A stretch of DNA of 64,000 nt from an uncultured Bacteroidia bacterium (lineage in GTDB: Bacteria; Bacteroidota; Bacteroidia; NS11-12g; UBA9320). The notes under the pieces were generated by a model, which saw only the letters and a list, made by a program, of their open reading frames with translations, had not been told where the DNA came from and searched no databases. Where the stretch lies: the NCBI GenBank assembly GCA_943846675.1, contig OX044357.1, forward strand, positions 1,546,010-1,610,009. Direction: 5' to 3'. Positions 27,653 through 38,912 of the stretch are shown piece after piece; position 1 is the first letter of the stretch; every line of letters starts with the position of its first letter. The translations under genes and the position numbers were made by a program.

Positions 27653-30115
27653 TTGAATCTATTTAACGACTATACCAGCCTGTATGTCAAGGTGTTATTA
27701 CCCTTGTCATTACCTCAAGAATACACGTATCGCATCCCTCAAGAGTTCAATGAGGAGGTTGCTTTGGGTAAACGGGTGATGGTGCAGTTCGGAAAAAAGC
27801 GAATTTATGCTGCCATTGTGGTCGAAATCGACAATAAACCCCCAGAAAAGTATCAAGCCAAATACATTTTAGCCGTATTGGATGACATGCCAATTGTAAC
27901 AGAACAACAGCTCGAATTCTGGGCCTGGATATCGCGTTACTATCTCTGCAATTGGGGCGAAGTGATGCAGGCGGCTTTACCTAATGCGTTAAAACTACAA
28001 AGTGAAACACTTGTTGAGCTCAATCTCGACACAGACTTGTCACATATAGAATTAGATTCTACGGAGTTGCCTATTGTAGAACAGCTTAAAGTTGCCGGTA
28101 GTTTAACACTCGACCAGGTTTCAAGCTTGTTGAAATCAAAATCTAGCTATAAGCAAATACACTCTTTATATGAAAAAGGTGTCATTCATATCAGGGAAGA
28201 TTTACATGAAAGGTACAAACCGAAACTTAAAAGGCACGTTAGGTTCGCTGAAGCGTTTCAGTCAAAATCTGCAATGGCTGAGTTGTTCGACAACCTTGCA
28301 AATAAAGTCCAACAGCTAAACGTCGTGATGCAATTGATGTCTGTTGACCCTTTGTTTGAAGGCGTTGATAAGCTCAATTTTATTTCCGAACACGGCCTCA
28401 GTCCGTCGTCTGTTCGAACATTAACAAAAAATGAAGTCCTTGAGGAATTTCAAGTTGTTGTCGATCGCATCGTGTATGAAGGTGAGGAGGTAACAAAAGA
28501 AAATCAGTTAACCGATGAACAGCTAGACGTCTATAACGCAATAACGACATGGTACAAAGAGAAGGAAGTTGTTTTGTTACACGGAGTAACTTCAAGTGGC
28601 AAAACGCATGTATATATCAAACTCATTGAAGATCACTTGGCCAAAGGCGAGCAGGTGTTGTACTTATTGCCAGAAATATCACTTACCACGCAGCTAATCA
28701 AGCGCATACAAACTTATTTTGGCGACAAGGTTCTTGTGAATCATTCGAAGTTTAACGACAACGAAAGGCTTGAAATCTGGCAAAAAATTAAAGACAATGA
28801 CGCGCAAGTGTTGTTGGCTCCGCGATCTGGCATTTTCATGCCATTCGATAACCTAGGCCTAATTATAGTTGATGAGGAGCACGAGAATACCTACAAACAG
28901 TCAGAACCTTCACCTAGATATCAAGCACGCGACTGTTCTATCGTATTGGGTCAGATTACTGGCGCAAAAGTATTACTAGGAAGTGCAACGCCTTCTGTCG
29001 AAAGCATGCAGAATGCAAAGTCAGGCAAATATGGTTTTGTAGGCTTATCCAACAGGTTCTCTAACGTTACGCCACCACAGTTCGAAGTTGTTGACATGCG
29101 CGACGAAAAGAAGAAAAAGAAAAACAAAGGCATTTTTAGCAGTGTTTTGCTGGATGCCGTGAAACATGCCATTGGTGCTGGTGAGCAAGTGATTTTATTT
29201 CTCAATAGAAAAGGCTACGTCCCAATTACCGAGTGTAACGAATGTTCTTGGTCTCCAAGATGCATTCAATGCGATATCACCTTAACCTATTACAGAAAAG
29301 AGAACCGATTAAGGTGTCATTTTTGTGGGTATAACATTGCACCGATTTCTCAATGTCCGGCGTGTGGAAACACCGCCATGAAGATGCTTGGATATGGGAC
29401 TGAGCGGATTGAATCAGAACTACAACAGTTTATTCCTGACGCCCGTATACAGCGACTAGACTATGAAACTACGCGCACAAAATCCGCATTTGAAAACATC
29501 ATAACTGGTTTCGAAAAGAAAGAAATTGACGTATTGGTAGGTACGCAAATGTTGACCAAAGGTCTGGATTTTGAAGCCCTTTCATTGGTCGGTATTTTGG
29601 ACGCAGATCACGCGTTAAACTTTCCTGACTATCGCGCTTTCGAACGCAGCTTTCAGTTGTTTACGCAAGTAGGAGGTAGGGCAGGTAGACGGAATAAACA
29701 AGGTAAGGTAATCATCCAGGCGAACCAACCAGATCACTTTGTGATTCAACAGGTTGTAGAAGGAAGCTATGACGCCTTCTTCGATAAAGAAGTGACCGAT
29801 AGAGAAAAGTTTAACTACCCGCCGTTTGGGAGGCTGATTAAGATAACGGTGAAACATAAAGACTATTTGGTAACAGAAAAAGCGGGAGATATGCTGGCCT
29901 ATTTATTAAGACCTCAGCTAGGTGCCATGATGCTCGGACCAGAAGAACCGTATGTCACTAAGATTCGGGGTTTGTTTATTCGACAACTCTTGATCAAGGT
30001 GGTGCCACCCATGCCATTGAAGGGCATAAAAAAACACATTCAAGAAAAGGTATTACAATTCAAACAGACCAAAGAGTATCGTCAGGTGCGGGTGATCGTG
30101 GATGTTGATCCGTGA
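27653..30115 (+). CDS. priA: primosomal protein N' (PriA helicase)
   Basis: 820 aa with helicase motifs (GVTSSGKT, DEEHE, GSATPS), a Cys-rich zinc-binding insertion (CNECSWSPRCIQCD...CHFCGY...CPACG) and helicase C-terminal motifs. Confidence 0.9.
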   Translation: MNLFNDYTSLYVKVLLPLSLPQEYTYRIPQEFNEEVALGKRVMVQFGKKRIYAAIVVEIDNKPPEKYQAKYILAVLDDMPIVTEQQLEFWAWISRYYLCNWGEVMQAALPNALKLQSETLVELNLDTDLSHIELDSTELPIVEQLKVAGSLTLDQVSSLLKSKSSYKQIHSLYEKGVIHIREDLHERYKPKLKRHVRFAEAFQSKSAMAELFDNLANKVQQLNVVMQLMSVDPLFEGVDKLNFISEHGLSPSSVRTLTKNEVLEEFQVVVDRIVYEGEEVTKENQLTDEQLDVYNAITTWYKEKEVVLLHGVTSSGKTHVYIKLIEDHLAKGEQVLYLLPEISLTTQLIKRIQTYFGDKVLVNHSKFNDNERLEIWQKIKDNDAQVLLAPRSGIFMPFDNLGLIIVDEEHENTYKQSEPSPRYQARDCSIVLGQITGAKVLLGSATPSVESMQNAKSGKYGFVGLSNRFSNVTPPQFEVVDMRDEKKKKKNKGIFSSVLLDAVKHAIGAGEQVILFLNRKGYVPITECNECSWSPRCIQCDITLTYYRKENRLRCHFCGYNIAPISQCPACGNTAMKMLGYGTERIESELQQFIPDARIQRLDYETTRTKSAFENIITGFEKKEIDVLVGTQMLTKGLDFEALSLVGILDADHALNFPDYRAFERSFQLFTQVGGRAGRRNKQGKVIIQANQPDHFVIQQVVEGSYDAFFDKEVTDREKFNYPPFGRLIKITVKHKDYLVTEKAGDMLAYLLRPQLGAMMLGPEEPYVTKIRGLFIRQLLIKVVPPMPLKGIKKHIQEKVLQFKQTKEYRQVRVIVDVDP

Positions 30116-30119
30116 TTGT

Positions 30120-30160
30120 TGGGCTGAAGGATTGAAGGATTGAAGGATTGAAGGATTGAA
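30120..30160. repeat. (GGATTGAA)n octanucleotide microsatellite, about 4.5 units
   Basis: ggattgaaggattgaaggattgaaggattgaaggatgg lies directly after the priA stop, between convergent genes. Confidence 0.8.
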
Positions 30161-30190
30161 GGATGGAATTGTTCATCCGTGTTCCTTTCT

Positions 30191-33100
30191 TTATTCAATC
30201 AACACAGGAACAGAATACACATCCCCGTCGTGTTTCATAAGCAACATATAGGCTCCAGCAGATGTAACCGAAGCGTTAATCTGTATGCGTCCGTCGCTTT
30301 GTGTTGCCTCTTTAAAAACAACCCGACCATAGATGTCAACTAACTGCATCTCAACACTACCAATTAAATCACTATCGATAACAAACGAACCTGAATTCGG
30401 ATTAGGGTACAGAGTTATGTTCTTTAAATTCAAGTTTGAAACAGAAACATTTGCTCCTTTAATCTTTTTGGTTTGACTGCAAGCGCATCCGGCAGCATTT
30501 GTAACAATAAGTTGCACCTCAAAACTATCTGCAGTGCTAAAATCGTGTGTAGGATTAACTTCAGTAGACGAATCGCCATCACCAAAATACCACTGGTAAC
30601 TTGTGTAGTTAACACTATCTGCATTAAATACGACGTCACGTTTAGGCCAGGTATAATCAACATCGAAACCACAATACGGAAGTTCGTGAATCGTGATGGT
30701 TTTATTCTTTCTATCAACACAACCTTCTGCGTTTTCTAAAATGAGAGAAGTAAAGTACGACGTTGTAACATCAATATCGTAACGGTGTTTAGGGTTTACA
30801 TCGCTCGACGTATCTCCATCGCCGAACAGCCATTTTTGACTAACTTGCTGGGTGCCAATAGTCGAATTATTTTCAAACAACGTTGTATCTCCGATACAAA
30901 CATTACCCACTTCAAAATTTGCTTCAGGTGCAGGTTTTATGGTAATTGATTTTGAAATATAGTTGGTGCATTGAGCACTACTTGCTGTTAATACCACGGT
31001 GTAATCTCCAGGATTTTCATAGGCGGCTAAACCGTTCGTGTCGTTACTGGTTGTGTTATTCCCAAAATCCCAGTGGTACGACACGTCAGCACCTTTAGAC
31101 GTGTTATTAAACGGACTTATGTCGTTTAAACAGAAAGTCGCTAAGTCAAAATCCGCAATGGTTTCTTCAATTTGAATGGTGTCGTGGACTATAACCTTAC
31201 ATCCGTTGTCGTCGCGTACTTCTAATCCGGCAAGCATCGGTTCTGCATTGGTTGCTATATTAAAAGTGGTGTCTTTGTTGTAAGGTCTAAAGAAGCCAAA
31301 ATCCCATTTAATCCAGGTAATTGACGTTGGATGTACAGTCGTATTAATAAACGTTACGGTGTCTTTATAACATGGGTTGGAGTACGTCCAAGTCGGTTTA
31401 GGGTTTTGGTAAATTTCTATCGTATCCATCATCTCAGACTGACATTTTGTGCCCAAATCGGTCGCTGTTAATGTGATGTGCACTTCTTGAACACTGTCTA
31501 AGGTAAAAGTAGGTTCATACCCCGTAAAGGTTAAGTCTTGACTCATTTTATCGCCTGAAATAGTCCAATCGAAGGTTACTGGCCGAGATGTATCAGAACT
31601 GTTTTCAACAATAACTTCTTTACCCTGACATACCGATTTTGCAGTAAACCTTGCTTTTGAAACTTCCACAGGTGATATGTATACTTTTTTCTTTGAAGAA
31701 CAGCCAGTTTTATAATAGGACGTTAATTCAATACTGAAGTAATATTCCAAATCTTTTAGAGGTAGCGCTAAATCGGTGGTGGACTCTTGTATATCATACG
31801 GCTGGATATCCCAGTCATGATAAAGTGTTTGGTTTTTATCGAAGTTTGTCGTCGTGTTTGTAGCGAACAATGTGTCATTAAAACCTTTACAAAACTCTAC
31901 TTGGCTAGGCGTAAAGTTAGCTTCTGGTTGGGCATTTAACCTAAATTCTAAGGTATCAAAAAACGCCTTGTTGCAAACCTCTGTTCTCAATAAGATGTTC
32001 ATGGTGCCATAACTTGAAAATGACTTTTCGAACGACAATTGGCTTGAGGTATCACCTGACGCGCCATACGTCCAAAGTACTTCTCTGCTTGGATCGCCTA
32101 TAGAACTAAACTTTTGTTTGGCTGGAAGAAAAGAGCAACGTAACGTAGGAGCGACAATACCATGGTCTAAATTAGTAAGCTTAACCGTTGTGTCGATTAT
32201 TCCTGCAGCTTCCCAAGCATCCCAAACCATTTGTAACTCTTTCCCGCAAGTCCCGTATAAGTCTTTAGTAGCTTTTAACGTAAAAGTTGCCATGTCTTGA
32301 AACTGCGTATTGGGTGTAACGTAATAAAACATCGCTCTAAAGATGATCTGCGTTGCAGAATCTCTTCCTAAACCAGCTATATCATATTTCACTCCATTAT
32401 CGTTTGTTCCAGTGTCACCCTCAACCATCATATAAAACCAATGGTTTTGAACCTCACCATTGTTATGGCAGCCACCTGCCCAATGTTGGCCTTTGTAGGT
32501 ATCTGGGTGACGTTTGGCTTTTGGGTTTTTCATATTTCTGATGCCACCTCTTGAAGCCCAAACTTCTTCGCCCAATAACCAGTTTGATTTACTCGAGTCT
32601 TCGTAATGTTCTAAAACACTGCCGCTAATGTCTGCAAACGATTCATGTAACATACAAGACTCGCCAGAGTATATCATACCTGCATTTTCGTCGGCTATAC
32701 CATGGCCAAATTCGTGTCCAATAACGTCTATTGAAGCACATGGGTTTACGCTAGTCGTTTTTGCCACAAGGAAGGTCGCAAAATTGCCTGATAAGTTCCA
32801 AAAAGCATTTCCGCTACCACTAAAGTTAAGCACGCTTGAGATGGAATCTCCATTGTTGGCATAACTGTTCCAACCAAAGGTGGTATCCATAAAAGTGTGT
32901 AAAAGATACAAGGCGTAGTGCACGTCGCCAGCTATTTCTTTGCCTGTTGTATTCCAGTTATTGTCGGCGTCTGTCATGTAATCACCCAGTCGAGAGTCGT
33001 ATGTGTTCAGTGGGATTCGGTTTTGTTTCATCCGGAAACTATTCGTCCCTAAGAAATCGGTCGTTACAGGTTTGGTACCCCGGTAATACGTTTTAGCCGT

Positions 33101-33748
33101 TCCAACAGAATCGCTGTGTATGAGCTGAGGTTCAATCCGTGTTAAGTTATTGGCGTTTGGATTAAAAAACACAAAATCATCGCTAGAGGCATCTGGGGCT
33201 TCTAATCTAAAGCGGTAACAAAACTCAAGGTTCTTGTTGTCTGTGGTGGGGCAATATATTCCTGTCGAGTTCTTTTGCTCGTCCAGAACGGTATGACTGG
33301 CATAGTCTGGGTATTGTGCAAAGAATAATTTCTTTACAGCGTTGTAGGTATGCGATGTGTTAACCTGTTGTAGTGGCTTATACACTTCACCATTAAATGA
33401 TTCGACAATATTGTTCTTGATATGTACGTTCAGTACGCCATGATTGACTAAAATCTGATTGATGTATTGCTGATAGCGCACATGTGTAAACCCGTAATCG
33501 TCTTCTGTTCGTTTAATTTCTTTAAACGTTACATCAAGGTCTGATAGATAGATGTCTGAATACACTTGAATAAAGTCAGATTCAGAAAAGGTAGATGTTT
33601 TTTGATCAAGCTCACCATACCACGGGATATCAAACGCGGTATTCATTCTTACTGATGATAAGACAATTTCTTGGTCAACCCCGTAAGAGGTTACAGTAGA
33701 TAGTAGAATAGTAAAAATTAAAGATGAGAAACGGGTAAAGTTCTTCAT
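30191..33748 (-). CDS. T9SS-secreted M4 (thermolysin-like) zinc metalloprotease with FTP/PepSY propeptide, PKD domains and type-A CTD
   Basis: 1185 aa with a signal peptide. The active site VIGHEFGHGIADENAGMIYSGESCMLHESFADISG aligns to thermolysin HELTH...NEAISD. There are several PKD-like repeats (WDFG.N..S...NP.H.Y / YQWYFGDGDSS) and a C-terminal ITLYPNPNSGSFVIDS...YMLLMKHDGDVYSVPVLIE sorting domain. Confidence 0.8.
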   Translation of the reverse strand: MKNFTRFSSLIFTILLSTVTSYGVDQEIVLSSVRMNTAFDIPWYGELDQKTSTFSESDFIQVYSDIYLSDLDVTFKEIKRTEDDYGFTHVRYQQYINQILVNHGVLNVHIKNNIVESFNGEVYKPLQQVNTSHTYNAVKKLFFAQYPDYASHTVLDEQKNSTGIYCPTTDNKNLEFCYRFRLEAPDASSDDFVFFNPNANNLTRIEPQLIHSDSVGTAKTYYRGTKPVTTDFLGTNSFRMKQNRIPLNTYDSRLGDYMTDADNNWNTTGKEIAGDVHYALYLLHTFMDTTFGWNSYANNGDSISSVLNFSGSGNAFWNLSGNFATFLVAKTTSVNPCASIDVIGHEFGHGIADENAGMIYSGESCMLHESFADISGSVLEHYEDSSKSNWLLGEEVWASRGGIRNMKNPKAKRHPDTYKGQHWAGGCHNNGEVQNHWFYMMVEGDTGTNDNGVKYDIAGLGRDSATQIIFRAMFYYVTPNTQFQDMATFTLKATKDLYGTCGKELQMVWDAWEAAGIIDTTVKLTNLDHGIVAPTLRCSFLPAKQKFSSIGDPSREVLWTYGASGDTSSQLSFEKSFSSYGTMNILLRTEVCNKAFFDTLEFRLNAQPEANFTPSQVEFCKGFNDTLFATNTTTNFDKNQTLYHDWDIQPYDIQESTTDLALPLKDLEYYFSIELTSYYKTGCSSKKKVYISPVEVSKARFTAKSVCQGKEVIVENSSDTSRPVTFDWTISGDKMSQDLTFTGYEPTFTLDSVQEVHITLTATDLGTKCQSEMMDTIEIYQNPKPTWTYSNPCYKDTVTFINTTVHPTSITWIKWDFGFFRPYNKDTTFNIATNAEPMLAGLEVRDDNGCKVIVHDTIQIEETIADFDLATFCLNDISPFNNTSKGADVSYHWDFGNNTTSNDTNGLAAYENPGDYTVVLTASSAQCTNYISKSITIKPAPEANFEVGNVCIGDTTLFENNSTIGTQQVSQKWLFGDGDTSSDVNPKHRYDIDVTTSYFTSLILENAEGCVDRKNKTITIHELPYCGFDVDYTWPKRDVVFNADSVNYTSYQWYFGDGDSSTEVNPTHDFSTADSFEVQLIVTNAAGCACSQTKKIKGANVSVSNLNLKNITLYPNPNSGSFVIDSDLIGSVEMQLVDIYGRVVFKEATQSDGRIQINASVTSAGAYMLLMKHDGDVYSVPVLIE

Positions 33749-33834
33749 GATTGAAATCTAACGATTTTGAGCCAGATTTTAGCTATTCTCGGTAGCTCAA
33801 GCCAAAATCATGACATTAAACAGAACCAGAATTT

Positions 33835-35349
33835 CTAACTTTCAATCTCATATGGCGCTACAAGTAGTACTTCTTCGCGGTCGACTCTGACTTGTCCTGG
33901 GAGTGCGCCTTTGAATTTCCGTACGTATTTCGGACTGGTGTAAATTACCGCTGCTAAAGACTCGTGTTGGTTTTTAGAAAAACGTGCAGCTAAACTGGCA
34001 GCATACTCCAAAACATCTGTGGTGACTGATTTCTGCTCAACATTTTTCAATAAAACGTGGGAACCTGCAACACCTCGGGCATGAAACCATAAATCGTTTT
34101 TATGCGCCAATTTTAGTAAGGCATCATTGTGTTTAGCACTTTTGCCGACCCAAATGTCAAATCCTCTATAGGCGTAGCTGCGATACGGAAGTTGATGATT
34201 TGATTTTTTGACCGCCTCTTTTTTTGTTTGATTTTTGTTAAACGATTGGAGCTTGCGAAAATCTTCGGTCAACTCAATGCGCTTCTTTTCAGCGGTTAAT
34301 TCTTCAATTTGATTGCTTACGCCTTCGAGTAATTTGTTATTGTGTTTAATCTCAACATGGACGTTTTTGGATTTTTGGTAATAACGCTCTGCATTTTTTT
34401 GAGCACTTAAATTCTCTTTGAGGACAATGACAACGGTTTTATTTTGATAGAAATCAAACAGTTCTGCCTTTTTGGCCTTTGCCGGAATGTTGTGCAAGTT
34501 GGCCATGATGACATCAGCTTGTTGCCTCAAGGTATCACCGTTTGCCAATTTGCCGACGTGTTTTTCAATCTTTGTTTTTCGCGCGTTTAGTTTCTTAAGT
34601 TCTTTGTTGATCTGGGATATCAGACTGGTTTTTAAAGACGACAGCCTATCTTGGCCCATATACAGTTTGCCAAAGTCATGCATCGCGTCGCCGATGTCGT
34701 CATATTGCACTATGGTGGTTTCAGTTGGATAAAGCGTTAACGTGTACGTATCGTTAATAGACTTAGAAATGATTACAGGTTTTGTGTTTAGATCGGCAAC
34801 GAATGCTTGCCACGCTTTGGGTTGATTGCTGCTTTCAAAAAAAGCAGATTGCTTTAAATCCCTGATCATTTCGGCTGTAACAAATGGGTGCGTTTTCTCA
34901 AATTCCTCTGCATTAGGTGAAAACGAAATGCTTTTATCCGGATTGTTAAAAGTCTCGGGTGGTTGTAATGCCTTAAAATGATCGATTACCGAATCGTTTT
35001 GTACCAAAAGTATTCCGCTTCGCCTTCCAAAACATTGAATATGAAGCGACTGATCTCCAAAACAAAGTTCTATTCCTCTGTCATATGTGTACTCATGGAT
35101 ACCATCAATTGTTTTTCCTACAATGGATTTGAATTGATGAAGCACATTCTTTTTAGGAAAATGAGTGACCTCCGGCAGAATGAAAAAAGTGTGTTGTTTG
35201 TAAAACCGAACTGACAAATAAAAGCCATTCTCAAACCGAAAGTGAACATCAGTAGGTAACGTACTTACACATTCGAGTAACGTATGATTTAAACAGTGCT
35301 TATTGAGGAACTCTGCATACCGCGATAAAACAAAAGCATTGTTGTGCAT
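33835..35349 (-). CDS. NFACT-family protein (FbpA/RqcH-like, DUF814)
   Basis: 504 aa with central coiled-coils and the DUF814/NFACT-R signature DLWFHARGVAGSHVLLK. Confidence 0.65.
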   Translation of the reverse strand: MHNNAFVLSRYAEFLNKHCLNHTLLECVSTLPTDVHFRFENGFYLSVRFYKQHTFFILPEVTHFPKKNVLHQFKSIVGKTIDGIHEYTYDRGIELCFGDQSLHIQCFGRRSGILLVQNDSVIDHFKALQPPETFNNPDKSISFSPNAEEFEKTHPFVTAEMIRDLKQSAFFESSNQPKAWQAFVADLNTKPVIISKSINDTYTLTLYPTETTIVQYDDIGDAMHDFGKLYMGQDRLSSLKTSLISQINKELKKLNARKTKIEKHVGKLANGDTLRQQADVIMANLHNIPAKAKKAELFDFYQNKTVVIVLKENLSAQKNAERYYQKSKNVHVEIKHNNKLLEGVSNQIEELTAEKKRIELTEDFRKLQSFNKNQTKKEAVKKSNHQLPYRSYAYRGFDIWVGKSAKHNDALLKLAHKNDLWFHARGVAGSHVLLKNVEQKSVTTDVLEYAASLAARFSKNQHESLAAVIYTSPKYVRKFKGALPGQVRVDREEVLLVAPYEIES

Positions 35350-35357
35350 GTCACTCC

Positions 35358-36149
35358 TTAATAGTCGCCGTAGACGTCTGTAAGTGCCTCACAGCCATCT
35401 TCCGTAATTAATATGGTATGCTCGTATTGTGCCGATAGTCCGCCGTCAATCGTTCTAGCCGTCCAACCGTCTGATCCGTCAACCTTGCTTCGCGCTTTGC
35501 CTGTATTAATCATCGGTTCAATGGTGAATATCATACCAGGTCGCATACGTTTACCTGTATTTTTATGTGCAATGTGGCTTACTTCCGGATCTTCATGGAA
35601 TTGCAAACCAACACCGTGTCCACAGAATTCATAGACAACGCTATACCCTTGTTTATGTGCAAATTCTGAAATTTCGTAGCCAATATTCCCAAACCTACTT
35701 CCAGGATAGCATTCTTTTAATCCAATTTTCAGACATTCTTTTGTTACATCCATTAGCGCTTGCGCTTCGTCGGTTACTTCACCAACAGCATACATCCTGC
35801 AGGTATCGCCAAAATAACCGTCTAAAATGGTTGTGACATCAATATTAAGGATGTCACCATCCTTTAATGTGTAATCATTTGGCACACCATGACATATAAC
35901 GTCATTAACCGAAGTGCAAATGTGCCCGCTGAAAGGCTGCACGCCATGCCCTTTATAACCAATGGTAGCAGAGGTGGCATTATTTGCTTTCATAAAGTCA
36001 GCAGCAATGGTATCCAACTCTTTGGTTGTAGTGCCAGACTTAACAAATTGCTCTAGGTGTTTAAGACATTGAGCAGCAAGTTGAGCGCTTTTACGTATCC
36101 CTTCAATTTGCTTAGGTGTTTTAATTTTTATTGCCATAATGGGCGGCAA
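35358..36149 (-). CDS. map: type I methionine aminopeptidase
   Basis: 263 aa with metal-ligand motifs (DGDILNIDVT, GHGVGLQFHEDP, FTIEPMI, EHTILIT). Confidence 0.9.
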   Translation of the reverse strand: MPPIMAIKIKTPKQIEGIRKSAQLAAQCLKHLEQFVKSGTTTKELDTIAADFMKANNATSATIGYKGHGVQPFSGHICTSVNDVICHGVPNDYTLKDGDILNIDVTTILDGYFGDTCRMYAVGEVTDEAQALMDVTKECLKIGLKECYPGSRFGNIGYEISEFAHKQGYSVVYEFCGHGVGLQFHEDPEVSHIAHKNTGKRMRPGMIFTIEPMINTGKARSKVDGSDGWTARTIDGGLSAQYEHTILITEDGCEALTDVYGDY

Positions 36150-36656
36150 AGGTATGTTTTATTGTGTTTTTTTATCTCAGTCAAAACTTTTGTCATATGG
36201 TCTACAAATGGGAATATTGTCCACAATTGGGTGGTTGTTGGTGACTTAATTAATCTCATTATTTTATTAATATGTTATTATTCAGTGTCTTATGAATTTT
36301 GGTATAATAATGACTATATAGAAAGTACTACACGCATGTTATGATGACCATTTACTCAAATTCACAAAAGACAGCTATTCAGCAATTTCCTGCTGGATTG
36401 TTTTTTCAGAATCAAGCACAGAATCTAAATACGTTGGTTAAAGTGATAATACCTTTAAGCATTCTCAAACGTATGCGTTCAATTGTAGTTTATAGAACGC
36501 TGCCTGTGCATGCCATCAGTATGCCAATAGTTATCAATGAAGTAATGAAACACCTAATTTAAGACAAAACATAAAAAATTATTTAAGACACTAATTCGCA
36601 TTAGTTATAGATCATGTTGCGTGTGGAGTCGTGAGACTTGCACAGAACAAAGTAGT

Positions 36657-36690
36657 TAGAGCACGACATTGTCGTGCTCTTTTTATATAG
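36657..36690 (+). terminator. rho-independent terminator on + strand inside a 1.1-kb non-coding gap
   Basis: agagcacgacattgtcgtgctct is a perfect 10-11-bp stem followed by ttttatat. No convincing + strand CDS lies upstream, so this may mark a small RNA. Confidence 0.5.
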
Positions 36691-37262
36691 TTTGACGTCA
36701 ATTAGGCTTATCAGCCTATAACCGATTTTCATTTTTTTGAAGCCAAAAAAACGAAACAAAAAAAGCTTTAAAAATAATACGCCCTACGTTTTGGTGCGCT
36801 CTTTCCCTCCTCCTCACCTAGGCCACCAAAACCCACCATCGGACACCGCCGATTATTTTTGGCCACGCTCACTTCGTATTCTCATTGTTTTACCTGACGT
36901 CAATGTGTGCGTGTTGGCCTGACAGGAATGCGAGCCGGCGAAGGGGTGAATGGATGAGGCATTACAAAATCAATAAAAGTGCTTGCATTTGTTCTCCGCA
37001 GGGGAACTTTCTTTTATTAGATTTTGTTTGCCTAACACAGAGTGCGGTGGAAGCATATTTCTGTTAAGCGTTTTTGCCTACTTTTTGAGCCAAAAAAGTT
37101 GGAGCGGGTTATAGGGTTGCTAAACCCTAAGCTTAGACCTTGGTAGGCCCTAAACAATGACTACTTATCACTAGGATTCACCAAAGTAAGAAGAAGCCTA
37201 GTTTGAATCATGTCCCATAACTCACTGAGATAAGACGGATTCACCAGAGAAGAATCTAAAGT

Positions 37263-38912
37263 TTATAACGTCAAACCATGTTCATCACGTGTTTTCAACG
37301 CAATGTCATATCCAGCATCTGCGTGCCGAATCACACCCATTGCCGGATCGTTGTGCAATACACGTCGTAATCGCTCGTGTGCATCGTCAGTACCATCAGC
37401 CACGATAACCATACCGGCATGTAGGCTATAGCCCATGCCAACACCTCCACCATGATGGAAGCTTACCCAGCTTGCACCACCAGCCGTATTAATCAACGCA
37501 TTAAGTATTGGCCAGTCTGCAACGGCATCACTACCATCCTTCATGGCTTCAGTTTCTCTGTTTGGTGAAGCTACTGAGCCTGTATCTAAGTGATCACGGC
37601 CAATGACGATAGGAGCAGAGACTTCGCCGTTTTTAACCATTTCGTTAAATGCCAAAGCAGCTTTTTCGCGCTCACCCATTTTTAACCAACAAATACGCGA
37701 TGGTAATCCTTGAAACGCGATGCGTTCTTTAGCCATGTCGAGCCACCTCAATAAACCAGCGTTTTCTGGAAATAATTCTTTGAGTTTTTCATCGAGCTTA
37801 AAAATGTCGTTTTCATCTCCGCTTAGTGCAACAAATCGGAATGGCCCTGACCCTTCACAAAATAAAGGACGAATATAGGCAGGCACAAAGCCTGGGAAAT
37901 CAAAGGCGTTTTCAACACCATTCGCTAGTGCTTGTCCTCGGATGTTATTTCCGTAATCAAATGTTATAGCGCCTCGTTTTTGCAATTCAATCATAAGCTC
38001 AAGGTGAGTACACATAGACTTTAACGACCTGCGGCAGTATTCGCCAGGGTCACTTTCACGTAGTGTGTTTGCTTCTTCAACGCTAAGTCCTTCGGGGAAA
38101 TAACCAACCAACTCATCGTGGGCAGACGTTTGGTCTGTTAATGTATCTGGCGTGATATTGCGTTCAACCATCCTTTTCAATAAGTCGATGGCATTACAAA
38201 CGACGCCAATAGAGATGGCCTCTCCATTTTTAGCTGCATCAACTGCCCAATCAATTCCTTGGTCAATATCAGACGTCATCTTGTCAAGATATCTAGTGTC
38301 AAGACGTTTCTTTACGCGCCATTCTTCCATTTCCGCGGCTAAAGCAACACCTTCATTCATTGTGATGGCGAGTGGCTGAGCACCACCCATTCCGCCTAAA
38401 CCAGCGGTAACATTCAGTTTGCCTTTAAGAGAACCGTTGTAATGTTTATTGGCAAGTGATAAATATGTTTCATAGGTTCCTTGAACGATGCCTTGAGAAC
38501 CAATGTATATCCAACTTCCAGCCGTCATTTGGCCGTACATCATTAATCCTTTTTTCTCCAACTCGTTGAAGTGGTCCCAATTGGCCCATTTTCCTACGAG
38601 GTTCGAATTTGCAATAATGACACGCGGTGCGTCCTTATGCGAACGCATGACACCCACGGGTTTACCAGATTGAACCAACAAGGTTTCGTTCTCTTCTAAT
38701 GTTTTTAAAGCACTCAAAATGCCCTCTAAACTGTCCCAATCACGTGCTGCCTTTCCTCGACCTCCATATACGATAAGGTCTTCAGGTCGTTCTGCCACTT
38801 CAGGATCTAAGTTGTTTTGCAACATTCTGAATGCTGCTTCTTGAACCCAGCCTTTGGTGTTTAATGTATTTCCTGTAGGTGATTTGATCACTCTGCTTTT
38901 AGATGATGTCAT
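37263..38912 (-). CDS. hutU: urocanate hydratase
   Basis: 549 aa with the HutU signature ([10 protein letters not shown], the NAD-binding region). Length is typical. Confidence 0.9.
   Translation of the reverse strand: MTSSKSRVIKSPTGNTLNTKGWVQEAAFRMLQNNLDPEVAERPEDLIVYGGRGKAARDWDSLEGILSALKTLEENETLLVQSGKPVGVMRSHKDAPRVIIANSNLVGKWANWDHFNELEKKGLMMYGQMTAGSWIYIGSQGIVQGTYETYLSLANKHYNGSLKGKLNVTAGLGGMGGAQPLAITMNEGVALAAEMEEWRVKKRLDTRYLDKMTSDIDQGIDWAVDAAKNGEAISIGVVCNAIDLLKRMVERNITPDTLTDQTSAHDELVGYFPEGLSVEEANTLRESDPGEYCRRSLKSMCTHLELMIELQKRGAITFDYGNNIRGQALANGVENAFDFPGFVPAYIRPLFCEGSGPFRFVALSGDENDIFKLDEKLKELFPENAGLLRWLDMAKERIAFQGLPSRICWLKMGEREKAALAFNEMVKNGEVSAPIVIGRDHLDTGSVASPNRETEAMKDGSDAVADWPILNALINTAGGASWVSFHHGGGVGMGYSLHAGMVIVADGTDDAHERLRRVLHNDPAMGVIRHADAGYDIALKTRDEHGLTL

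Noticed and set aside
36057-36562. Small + strand ORFs (36057..36344, 36341..36562) in the map/hutU gap as real genes
   Set aside because: Their translations are low-complexity (Ile/Asn/Tyr-rich) as expected from AT-rich non-coding DNA, and they have no motifs. 36057..36344 overlaps the map start. More likely non-coding, possibly an sRNA ending at the 36657..36690 terminator.
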